Assembly: GCA_039796295.1 (NCBI GenBank)
Contig: JBDKJY010000037.1
Coordinates: 2,199 to 66,198 of the forward strand
Direction: 5' to 3'
DNA: 64,000 nt
From: Verrucomicrobiota bacterium
GTDB lineage: Bacteria; Verrucomicrobiota; Verrucomicrobiia; Limisphaerales; SXTU01
Part shown: positions 28,460 to 36,529 of the stretch, in pieces
Layout: every line of letters begins with the position of its first letter
How positions within the stretch are numbered: position 1 is the stretch's first letter
Notes under the pieces: model-generated
What the model was told of the DNA's origin: nothing
Databases searched by the model: none
The model's input: the letters and a program-made list of their open reading frames with translations, nothing else
Position numbers and translations under genes: made by a program

Positions 28460-30496
28460 TCACTGCAACGCCTCGCGCATCGCCGCGAACATGTCCTTCG
28501 CGCTGGCCTGCGTGACGGGCTTCTTTCCCTTCTCCGCCGCGTCTTCGATGAGCTCCTTCGGCAGCTCTTTCAGGAACGGCGACGGATGGCACGGCATCAC
28601 CTGCCCATACTTCTTCCGCCCGCCGCAGTGCGAAATCATCAGCTCCCGCTTCGCCCGCGTGATGGCGACGTAGAAGAGCCGCCGCTCCTCGTCCATCGTG
28701 CCCTCGACCTTCGACCGTGAGTGCGGCAGCAACCCGTCCTCCAGCCCCACGACATACACATGCGGATACTCGAGTCCCTTGCACGAGTGCATCGTGATGA
28801 GCGTCACGGCGTCGCCAGCCTCCTTCTCCTCGGCGCGGTCGGCGTCGAGCGTCATGTCTTCGAGGAACGTGTCGAGGCGGTCGGCGGGCAGCCGGTTGGC
28901 CACCGTGCCGTCCATCTTCGCAATCAAGTCCTTCAAGTTGCGGATGCGGTTCTCAGCCTGCTCCACGTTCCTCTCGCCGCGCCGGAGTTCGTTCCAATAA
29001 CCCGTGTCGGTGAGAAACTTCTCCGACCACTCCTGCAAAGCCGTCGGATGCCCCGCGAGCGTTTCGTCCGCGAGCCGCGACCGCGTCTCCTCGATGAACG
29101 TGATGAACTCCTGAATCGCCTCACGCGAGCGGACTTGAAAACTCTCCTGCACATCCGTGTGCCGCATCGCGGTGAAGACCGAGCTTTGCCGCTCCTGACT
29201 CGCCGCCAGCAAGCGCTCCATCGTCACATCGCTCAGGCCGCGCGCCGGGACGTTCGCGATGCGCAGCAGGCTCACGTCATCGTGCGGGTTCAGGAACGTC
29301 TTCACGTAGGCGATGAAATCCCGCACCTCGCGCCGGTCGAAGTAGCTCTGCCCGCCAATGAGATGGTAGCGAATGCCCGCCTTGCGCAGCTCCATCTCGA
29401 TGGGCCGCGACTGGAGGTTCGTGCGGAAGAGAATCGCTTGGTCGCCCCACGGCACGCGTTGCGTCATGCGCTTGAACTCGATGGTTTCCGCCACCGTGCG
29501 CGCCTCGGTGTCGTCGGTGTCGAAGGCGTGCAGGAGGATTTTTGCGCCCTGGCCGTTCTGCGACCACAGGTTCTTCCCGCGCCGGCGGGCGTTGTTCTTG
29601 ATGACCGCGTTGGCGGCCTGGAGAATCGTGTTCGTCGAGCGGTAGTTCTGCTCCAGCTTCACGACCTTCACCTCGGGGAAATGCTTTTCGAGATCGAGCA
29701 AGTTGGCCACCTCCGCGCCGCGCCAGCCGTAGATGGATTGGTCGTCATCGCCGACGACGCAGAGGTTGCGGTGCTTGAGCGTGAGCGCGTGGACGAGCTG
29801 GAACTGCGCGGCGTTCGTGTCCTGATACTCGTCCACCATCACGTAGCGGAAGCGCGCGCGGCAGGCATCGAGCGCGTCCGGGTGCTCGGTGAAGAGGCGG
29901 AGCGTGAGCAGGATGAGATCGTCGAAGTCCACCGCGTTGCAGGCCTTCAGGGCGGACTCGTATTTCTTGCGGACGTGCTGGGCGAGCGCGGAGACGTTGG
30001 GGTCCTTGAACGCCGCCTCGGCCGCCGCGCCGCCGTTCTTGAACTTGCTCAAGAGCGTGAGCACCGCGCGCGGGTCGGTCTGCTCGCCCTTCGCGGAGAC
30101 GTTGGCGAGGATCTTCTTAATTGCCCCGAGCTGCTCCGCCTCGTCGTAGATGACGAAGTTCTTCTTGTAGCCGAGCAGCTCGATGTGCTGCCGCAGGATG
30201 CGGACGCAGAGCGAGTGGAAGGTGGAGACCGTCGGACGCGACGGCTTTTCCCCGTCTGCGCTGCGGCGTTTGGGAAGGAGTTGGTTCACCCGCTCCAGCA
30301 TCTCGCGCGCGGCCTTGTTGGTGAACGTGACGGCCAAAATATTCTCCGGCGCGATGCCGCGCTGGACCATGTGCGCGATGCGGAAGGTGATGACGCGCGT
30401 CTTGCCCGTGCCCGCGCCCGCGAGGATGAGCACCGGCCCGCGCACCGTCTCCACGGCGTCGCGTTGTTCGGGGTTGAGGGTGTCTAGGTTCAGCAT
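28460..30496 (-). CDS. ATP-dependent DNA helicase, UvrD/PcrA/Rep family
   Basis: 678-aa ORF. Walker A AGAGTGKT, and the motifs VDEYQDTN, TFHSLC and VTLITMHSCKGLEYPHVYV are present. Confidence 0.92.
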   Translation of the reverse strand: MLNLDTLNPEQRDAVETVRGPVLILAGAGTGKTRVITFRIAHMVQRGIAPENILAVTFTNKAAREMLERVNQLLPKRRSADGEKPSRPTVSTFHSLCVRILRQHIELLGYKKNFVIYDEAEQLGAIKKILANVSAKGEQTDPRAVLTLLSKFKNGGAAAEAAFKDPNVSALAQHVRKKYESALKACNAVDFDDLILLTLRLFTEHPDALDACRARFRYVMVDEYQDTNAAQFQLVHALTLKHRNLCVVGDDDQSIYGWRGAEVANLLDLEKHFPEVKVVKLEQNYRSTNTILQAANAVIKNNARRRGKNLWSQNGQGAKILLHAFDTDDTEARTVAETIEFKRMTQRVPWGDQAILFRTNLQSRPIEMELRKAGIRYHLIGGQSYFDRREVRDFIAYVKTFLNPHDDVSLLRIANVPARGLSDVTMERLLAASQERQSSVFTAMRHTDVQESFQVRSREAIQEFITFIEETRSRLADETLAGHPTALQEWSEKFLTDTGYWNELRRGERNVEQAENRIRNLKDLIAKMDGTVANRLPADRLDTFLEDMTLDADRAEEKEAGDAVTLITMHSCKGLEYPHVYVVGLEDGLLPHSRSKVEGTMDEERRLFYVAITRAKRELMISHCGGRKKYGQVMPCHPSPFLKELPKELIEDAAEKGKKPVTQASAKDMFAAMREALQ

Positions 30497-30571
30497 CGGA
30501 GCGCGGAGTGTAGGAGTGGGCGAAGTGAAGGCAAGCGTGGGGGAGGAAACTGCCAGCCGAGGCGCTACGGC

Positions 30572-30646
30572 GTAGGGCGCGTCTGTCCCCAGCGCGCCGT
30601 TTGGCGTTCGGATGGGCTGCGGCGCGCTGAGGACAGACGCGCCCTA
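30572..30646. repeat. palindromic element (26-bp arms TAGGGCGCGTCTGTCCCCAGCGCGCC / GGCGCGCTGAGGACAGACGCGCCCTA)
   Basis: One mismatch between the arms and a 23-nt loop. The right arm overlaps the maf stop codon (30644-30646). GTAGGGCG-type arms also start the element at 46961. Confidence 0.8.
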
Positions 30647-31222
30647 GCCGTGCCGCCGCCACTGCGCCAGCTCGTGCTTCACCCGCTCCTGCGGCAGGCC
30701 GACCACGTTGCTGAATGACCCGGAGATGCGCTCCACGATTTGGTCCCCGTGGTCTTGGATGGCGTAAGCCCCGGCTTTGTCCAGCGGCTGGATGGCGGCG
30801 AGGTAGGTCGCGATTTGCGCCTCAGTCAGCGGCTTGAACGTCACGTTCGTCGTCTCGGCGAAAAGACGGCAACGGTGCGCGCCGAGTTGCAGCAGGCAGA
30901 CGCCGGTCACGACTTGGTGCGTGTGCCCGGCCAACTCGCGGAGCATCCGGTGCGCGTCGGCGAGGTCGGCGGGTTTGCCGTAAAGCGTCGTGCCCAGATA
31001 CACGAGCGTGTCCGCGCCGAGCACGAGTGCCTGCGGGTGAACCTTCGCCACCACGCGAGCCTTGCGATAGGCATTCACCAGACACAGCTCGCGCGCCGTG
31101 AAGTCCTCCTGATGCGCCTCCTCCGCCGCGCTGGTGATGACCGCGAACTCCAGCCCCAGCTCACGGAGCAGTTCCGCGCGGCGCGGCGAGGCGGAGGCGA
31201 GGATGAGCGGAGGAGAGGGCAT
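30644..31222 (-). CDS. maf: Maf-like nucleoside triphosphate pyrophosphatase
   Basis: 192-aa ORF. N-terminal LILASASPRRAELL, plus GAYAIQ and VVGLP motifs. Confidence 0.9.
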   Translation of the reverse strand: MPSPPLILASASPRRAELLRELGLEFAVITSAAEEAHQEDFTARELCLVNAYRKARVVAKVHPQALVLGADTLVYLGTTLYGKPADLADAHRMLRELAGHTHQVVTGVCLLQLGAHRCRLFAETTNVTFKPLTEAQIATYLAAIQPLDKAGAYAIQDHGDQIVERISGSFSNVVGLPQERVKHELAQWRRHG

Positions 31223-31229
31223 GGGGAGA

Positions 31230-31295
31230 GTGATTAGTAATTAGTGATTAGTGGGTGGCAGAAGAGTCGTCGCACGCAAACTAATTACTAATCAC
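31230..31295. repeat. hairpin built from complementary heptamer arrays (GTGATTAGTAATTAGT / ACTAATTACTAATCAC)
   Basis: 16-bp perfect stem (31230-31245 with 31280-31295) and a 34-nt loop. Lies between the DUF58 stop and the maf start. Confidence 0.75.
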
Positions 31296-32257
31296 TAACT
31301 ACTTCCTCCCCTCCTCCTCCGCTTCACCCGCGTGTCAAAGAACTTCCCCAACGCCGCCGCGTAAGGCTGGTCCGTGCGGAGCTGGATCGAGTCCAGGCCG
31401 ATGGTGCGGAAGGCGCGCCGCAGCGCGGTCTGGAACAGGGCTTGATGCTCGGCGAAGGCGGCGCGATGCCGGGCGTTGCTGGTCTGGATTTCTACGACCT
31501 CACCGGTCTCAGCGTCTTTCAACACGAGGCGGCCCAACGCGGGGAGTTCGAGTTCGTAGCGGTCGGTGATTTGCACGGCCACAAGGTCGTGGCGGCGATG
31601 GGCCTGCCGGAGGGCGACCTGCGTGGCAGGCGCGAGCGGTTCGCCAAAGGCCATCGGCTGCGTGGGTGCGCGCGAGCCGAAGCGCATCGGCGCACGGGCT
31701 TCGAGAAAGTCCGAGAGCACCACCACCACGGACTTGTGCGGAAGCATGCGGCTGACGAAGTGCAGCGCGCCCGGCAGGTCCGTGCCGTGGCGCTTCGGCT
31801 CGAAGAAGAGGATTTCGCGGATGACGCGCAGCACATGGCGACGGCCCTTGCGCGGCGGGATGAACTTCTCCACCTCGTCGCTGAAGAGCACGAGTCCTAC
31901 CTTGTCGTTGTTGCGGATGGCGGAGAACGCGAGCACCGAGGCGATCTCGGCGGCCAGCTCGCGCTTGGATTGCTCGCCGGAGCCGAAGAGGCCGGAGCCG
32001 CTCAGGTCCACGACCAGCATCACCGTCATCTCCCGCTCCTCCACGAACTTCTTGATGAACGGGTGGTTCATCCGCGCCGTGACGTTCCAGTCAATCGCCC
32101 GCACATCATCGCCGGGCTGATACTCGCGCACCTCGTCGAAGTTCATGCCTTGGCCCTTGAACACGCTGTGATACGCGCCGGACACGGACTCGGACACGAG
32201 GCGGTTGGTGCGAATCTCGATCTGGCGGATCTTCTTGAGCAGCTCGCGAGGGATCAT
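31295..32257 (-). CDS. DUF58 domain protein (MoxR-associated, vWA-like)
   Basis: 320-aa ORF. The motif FKGQGMNFDEVREYQPGDDVRAIDWNVTAR is the DUF58 hallmark. Confidence 0.85.
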   Translation of the reverse strand: MIPRELLKKIRQIEIRTNRLVSESVSGAYHSVFKGQGMNFDEVREYQPGDDVRAIDWNVTARMNHPFIKKFVEEREMTVMLVVDLSGSGLFGSGEQSKRELAAEIASVLAFSAIRNNDKVGLVLFSDEVEKFIPPRKGRRHVLRVIREILFFEPKRHGTDLPGALHFVSRMLPHKSVVVVLSDFLEARAPMRFGSRAPTQPMAFGEPLAPATQVALRQAHRRHDLVAVQITDRYELELPALGRLVLKDAETGEVVEIQTSNARHRAAFAEHQALFQTALRRAFRTIGLDSIQLRTDQPYAAALGKFFDTRVKRRRRGGSS

Positions 32258-32710
32258 GGAGTGGCGGCGCGCAAAATGGTTCAGGCGGTCGCTCCGGCTG
32301 GCATCAGCCCGGCGACCAAGACGTGCCCAGAGCTTGGTCTGGCAAGGCGTGGAGAATCACGAAAATTGTGCGTGGTTGGCTTTCCGGCCCGAGCTTCGAG
32401 GGTGCGAAAGATAAGCCCGCATAAACCGGAACGATGTCGTGGGATCGCGCGGTGGGACCACCGCGACGCGAGGCCCACAGAGCAATCCAACCGTAGCGGT
32501 GACGCCCGGCGGAGCAGGCGCTAGCAATGGGGTTTCACTGGAGCCAGCGCGTCTGTGTGGTGCCGCTCAAGTCTTAATCGTCGGGTTCCGGTTAAGTGGC
32601 AGACCGGCACCTACGCTCCCGGGGGGCAGCCCGAAAGTTTGTCGGCCAGTTGCCTTTCTTGCTCGGCCTGTATCCGAAACGGAGAAGCCACGTTTGGTAT
32701 CGCGGCACTG

Positions 32711-32850
32711 CTACCGTTTCAAACTCTCCCGCCCGGTCATGGAGCGCTCGATGAAGATGCGGTGCCAGAGTTCGAGCCAGAGGAGGGAGTGAAGGTCCGC
32801 CTCGCCGCACCGACCAAACAGCCTCAATTTTTCAGCTGGAGAAGTTTTAA
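32711..32850 (-). pseudogene. 3'-terminal remnant of an asnB paralog
   Basis: The tail of ORF 32711..33079 reads ..HSLLWLELWHRIFIERSMTGRESLKR*. The intact AsnB C-terminus is ..RLWSLLWLELWHRIFVERSMTGRESLRA* (33962..). About 65 nt of DNA similarity; no upstream asnB sequence remains. Confidence 0.7.
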
Positions 32851-33041
32851 CGCGCCCGACCACTTGACTTTTCAGCTCCGGCTCCGACGTTGCGACCCGA
32901 ATGAAATCTTTTGTCTCCGCTGACACGCTCAATTGCTTGGAGCAGGTCTTCCTAGTCCCACCTCCCCCCCTCTCAAGGGATTCCCGGCGGAAGCTTGCTG
33001 AGCGAAGAAAACGCGTATCCGGTCCCGGACCTGTTGGTGAC

Positions 33042-34226
33042 ATGGCGGATTGCTCGGCTGCGCAGACCGTGGTCACCAACCTCGATTTCGAACTCTCGCA
33101 AGCGCGCGAAAGAGATGCTCGCGCAGTTCACCGAACAGTCAATGACATCGCTGGTCTCACAAGGGACCGAGCCGAGGCCGATCTACAAGCGGCATGCCTG
33201 CGAGAGTTGATCGCAACCGGACAGATCCACAACAGACACAAGGGCATCGACACAACCCAAGAAAGCACCCAAGCAACGACCAAGTTGATCAGCTTGGGGG
33301 CAACACTCACACGCTACACCATCGAGGCGGTTTCAGCAGAATTGGCGTTCATTGACTTGCGCTCGTTGCTTCTGTCCGCTTCGTTTTTTTATCGACATGA
33401 ACTAAGCCACAGCGACCAACCCGCCGACCCAGCACTCAACGAGGCGATTTTCGCAGGATTAGTTTGGCTGGCGGCGGCGGCGGCAGGCGCAGGTTACTAC
33501 GATCCGGCGATCTCCATCGCAATCTCGGCGAGGAGGTTCGCGGAGCTAAGTGGCATTTCGCGCTCGCACTTCAGCAGACGAACATACGGCCAAAGTCTGC
33601 TGGCGGAAGCACAAGCACATCTCGGAAAGCGTAACTACCTCGCGGCCTCAGAAAAGGCAAAGCATTGCCTTCGGTGGACCCACCAGTGCGAAATGGAGTG
33701 GGGGGAGACCAACGAAAACAGGAAATTAGTTTGCGTGCGAGTCATCGCCATGTCCTACCGGAGCGTTTCAAGCCTGGGGTTGCCGGCCGCCGGCCCGGAG
33801 TATTTTTGGGAATGGGGAAATGCGGAGTCCTGGGCGCTCGCGCGCGTGGCGTCGTTGGCATCCGGCATGGCGAGAGGTTGGCAAGCTTCGTGGGGAGAGA
33901 CAACCCTAGCCTGGATTCCTTCACCCCTTCAGGGTGCGCCTCGCTCAACGCCCCTGCACGGTCAGGCGCGCAAGCTTTCCCGCCCCGTCATTGAGCGCTC
34001 GACGAAGATGCGGTGCCAGAGTTCCAGCCAAAGGAGGGACCAGAGGCGGTGGGTGTGTTGGGCCGCGCCGCTGGTGTGCTCGGTGATGAGGCGCTGGATT
34101 TCGGTCTTCTTGAACCAGCCGGCTTTGACGAGGTTGCCGTCGGGGAGGAGGCGGTTCAGGACGGGGGCGAGGTCGGTGCGGAGCCAGTGTTTCAGCGGGA
34201 GACTAAAACCCTTCTTCGGGCGGTAG
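33042..34226 (+). CDS. hypothetical protein in a lower-GC insert (3' end uncertain or possibly disrupted)
   Basis: ORF 32901..34226; ATG 33042. Protein-like composition across about 300 aa in a visibly AT-richer segment. The last ~265 nt run antisense through the asnB 3' end, so the true terminus is doubtful. Confidence 0.35.
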   Translation: MADCSAAQTVVTNLDFELSQARERDARAVHRTVNDIAGLTRDRAEADLQAACLRELIATGQIHNRHKGIDTTQESTQATTKLISLGATLTRYTIEAVSAELAFIDLRSLLLSASFFYRHELSHSDQPADPALNEAIFAGLVWLAAAAAGAGYYDPAISIAISARRFAELSGISRSHFSRRTYGQSLLAEAQAHLGKRNYLAASEKAKHCLRWTHQCEMEWGETNENRKLVCVRVIAMSYRSVSSLGLPAAGPEYFWEWGNAESWALARVASLASGMARGWQASWGETTLAWIPSPLQGAPRSTPLHGQARKLSRPVIERSTKMRCQSSSQRRDQRRWVCWAAPLVCSVMRRWISVFLNQPALTRLPSGRRRFRTGARSVRSQCFSGRLKPFFGR

Positions 34227-35878
34227 ATGACTTCCCAGGGCAGGTAGCGCTCGGCGAGCTTCTTGGGCAGATACTTTTGCACGCCGTCCTTCACCTTGAG
34301 CAGCGGGTCGAGGGAGCTGGAGAGCGCGCAGAGGTCGGTGTCGAGGAAGGGGCTTCGGAGTTCGAGGGCGACCTTCATGGAGGCCACGTCCACCTTCACG
34401 AGGTAGTCGTTGGAGAGGCGGGCCATGAGGACGTGGTAGAGGTTTTGGTCGAGGATGTTCAGCTCGGCCATCGCGGCGGCGTGGCGCTCGTAGATGTGCC
34501 ACGGGCGGTGCGCGCCGAGGCTGGTGCGGAAGGTGTCGGTGTAGAGGGCCTCGCGCTGGCGTTGGTTGAAGGCCATCGAGTAGCCGTGGCGACGCGCGGG
34601 GTCGGGGCTGGCGTGGGTGGCGAGGGTTTTTAGTTTCTGCGCGAAGCCGGTGCGCTCGGCGGCGAAGAGCCAGTCCTCCAACGGGCCGCGCACGAAGCCG
34701 GGCATGAGAGCGTCGTAGCGCATCGCGTGGAAGGAGGCGCGGGCGATGTCGTAGCCGCCGAAGAGTTCATCGCCGCCGTCGCCGGTGAGCGCGACGGTGA
34801 CGAACTCCTTCGCGGCCCGCGAGACGTAGTAGGTGGGGATGGCGGAGGAGTCGGCGAAGGGTTCGCCGTATTCCCACACGAGCGAGGGGAGGATTTCGAG
34901 CACGTCGGGCTTGAGGCGGATTTGCTGGTGCTCGGTCTGGTAACGCTTCGCGACGGCGTCGGAGTATTCCAGCTCGGAGAAGTCCTGTTCCTCGAAGCCG
35001 ATGCTGAAGGTCTTCACCGGCTTGCTGGAGAGCTCGCTCATCATCGCGACGACGAGGCTGCTGTCCACGCCGCCGCTGAGGAACGCGCCGAGGGGCACGT
35101 CGGCAATCATGCGTTTGCGCACGCCTTCCTTCAGCGCGGCGTCGATGCGCTCCAGCGCCTCGGCCTCGGTGACGTTGATTTTGTCGCGGAAGTTGGGCTG
35201 CCAATAGCGCACCTCGCGGGCACGGACTTCGCCGGAAGCGTCGCGCTCGAAGACTTTGAAGTGCGCGGGCGGGAGCTTGCTGACCTCGTTGTAAATCGTG
35301 TGGTCGGTGGTGACGGCGAGGTGGTGCAGGTAGCAGTCAATCGCCGCGTGGTTCACCGTGAGCGCCGCGCCGGGCAGTGACCAGAAGGCCTTGCTGTCGG
35401 AGGCGAAACGCACGGTCGCGCCGTGGTGCGAGTAGTAGAGGGGTTTCTTGCCGAAGCGGTCGGTGGCGATGAGGAGCGTGTCCCGCCGCGTGTCCCAGAT
35501 GCCGATCGCGAACATGCCGTCCATGCGCGCGACGACGCCTTCGCCCCATTCCTCGAAGCCGTGGACGATGACCTCGGTGTCGGAGTGGGAGCGGAACTGG
35601 TGGCCCTTGGCTTCGAGTTCCTTCCGCAGCGACTGGAAGTTGTAAATCTCGCCGTTGAACGTGACCCAGATGGTGGAGTCCTCGTTGGTCATCGGCTGGT
35701 TGCCGAGCGGGGAGAGGTCAATGATGCGGAGCCGCCGATGGCCGAGCGCCGCGTGCCCGCCGAACCACTGGCCGCCGTGCTCGGGGCCGCGGTTGACCAT
35801 CACGTCGCGCATGGTGACGAGTTCGGATTCCGCAACGGGGCGACGGTCGAAGTGGACGATACCGGTGATGGCACACAT
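33962..35878 (-). CDS. asnB: asparagine synthase (glutamine-hydrolysing)
   Basis: 638-aa ORF. The N-terminus MCAITGIV has the Cys2 nucleophile. The SGGVDSS ATP-PPase motif is present. Confidence 0.9.
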   Translation of the reverse strand: MCAITGIVHFDRRPVAESELVTMRDVMVNRGPEHGGQWFGGHAALGHRRLRIIDLSPLGNQPMTNEDSTIWVTFNGEIYNFQSLRKELEAKGHQFRSHSDTEVIVHGFEEWGEGVVARMDGMFAIGIWDTRRDTLLIATDRFGKKPLYYSHHGATVRFASDSKAFWSLPGAALTVNHAAIDCYLHHLAVTTDHTIYNEVSKLPPAHFKVFERDASGEVRAREVRYWQPNFRDKINVTEAEALERIDAALKEGVRKRMIADVPLGAFLSGGVDSSLVVAMMSELSSKPVKTFSIGFEEQDFSELEYSDAVAKRYQTEHQQIRLKPDVLEILPSLVWEYGEPFADSSAIPTYYVSRAAKEFVTVALTGDGGDELFGGYDIARASFHAMRYDALMPGFVRGPLEDWLFAAERTGFAQKLKTLATHASPDPARRHGYSMAFNQRQREALYTDTFRTSLGAHRPWHIYERHAAAMAELNILDQNLYHVLMARLSNDYLVKVDVASMKVALELRSPFLDTDLCALSSSLDPLLKVKDGVQKYLPKKLAERYLPWEVIYRPKKGFSLPLKHWLRTDLAPVLNRLLPDGNLVKAGWFKKTEIQRLITEHTSGAAQHTHRLWSLLWLELWHRIFVERSMTGRESLRA

Positions 35879-35943
35879 GAGCGCGGGGAGTTAAGCCAAG
35901 TGGGCGGCGGGTTTCAACGCAAACGGCGCTGAGACGCGAGGAA

Positions 35944-36255
35944 TCAGGGGAAACTTTTCCGCCGCCGGGCCAGCTCTGCCTCCGAGTCCCGTGCGCCGTG
36001 AAGCACGCCCAGCACGACGACGGTCGGCCCTTCCACGAAGTAGAACGTGCCGTAGGGAAACCGCCGCAAGTTCAACCGCCGGATGTCAGCGAACCGGACG
36101 CGATAGACCATCGGCTCGTGCGCGAGCCGGCGGAGCACGGTGGCAGATTCCTCCAGCAAGCGGTCCCCGAGTTCCAGGGCCTGCCCCTCATACCAGGCGA
36201 AGGCCTCCAGCAGGTCAGCCCGGACGAGCGGATGAAACGCGAGCGCGAACTTCAC
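35944..36255 (-). CDS. type II toxin, RelE/ParE family
   Basis: 103 aa. The C-terminal pattern FYFVEGPTVVVLGVLHGARD is typical of ParE/RelE plasmid-stabilisation toxins. Immediately downstream of a small antitoxin-like ORF. Confidence 0.75.
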   Translation of the reverse strand: MKFALAFHPLVRADLLEAFAWYEGQALELGDRLLEESATVLRRLAHEPMVYRVRFADIRRLNLRRFPYGTFYFVEGPTVVVLGVLHGARDSEAELARRRKSFP

Positions 36256-36487
36256 GGGCGATGCCTCCCAGATACTCGTTCAACTCCCCGTCCGCCCCGA
36301 CCTTCTCGAAGCGTTCGGGGTGGTCGAAGAATTCCTGCCGCCGACGGAGTAGCTCTTCCTGTTGCGCGGCGGGCGTCTCGTCCGGCGGGAGGAGGTCGTG
36401 GCGATGGTTGTCAAACCACTCGGCAAAGTGCTGCCGTTCCTCGGCGGAGAGGGCCTGAACTTGCTCTTCCAGTTGCTCAACACTCAT
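36215..36487 (-). CDS. antitoxin candidate (addiction-module component-like)
   Basis: 90 aa. N-terminal MSVEQLEEQVQALSAEERQHFAEWF resembles the L..LS..ER..LA motif of addiction-module antitoxins. Overlaps the toxin start by 41 nt. Confidence 0.6.
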   Translation of the reverse strand: MSVEQLEEQVQALSAEERQHFAEWFDNHRHDLLPPDETPAAQQEELLRRRQEFFDHPERFEKVGADGELNEYLGGIAREVRARVSSARPG

Positions 36488-36529
36488 GGGCGGAATTTAG
36501 TCTTCGCCGGCAGATTCGCGACACTTTCC

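Noticed and set aside
32258-32710. RNase P RNA, tmRNA or SRP RNA in the long intergenic region
   Set aside because: The universal hallmarks I looked for are absent on both strands: GGAAAGTCCGGGC for RNase P, a tRNA-like ..GGTTCGA..CCACCA end for tmRNA, and the SRP GGAA tetraloop helix.
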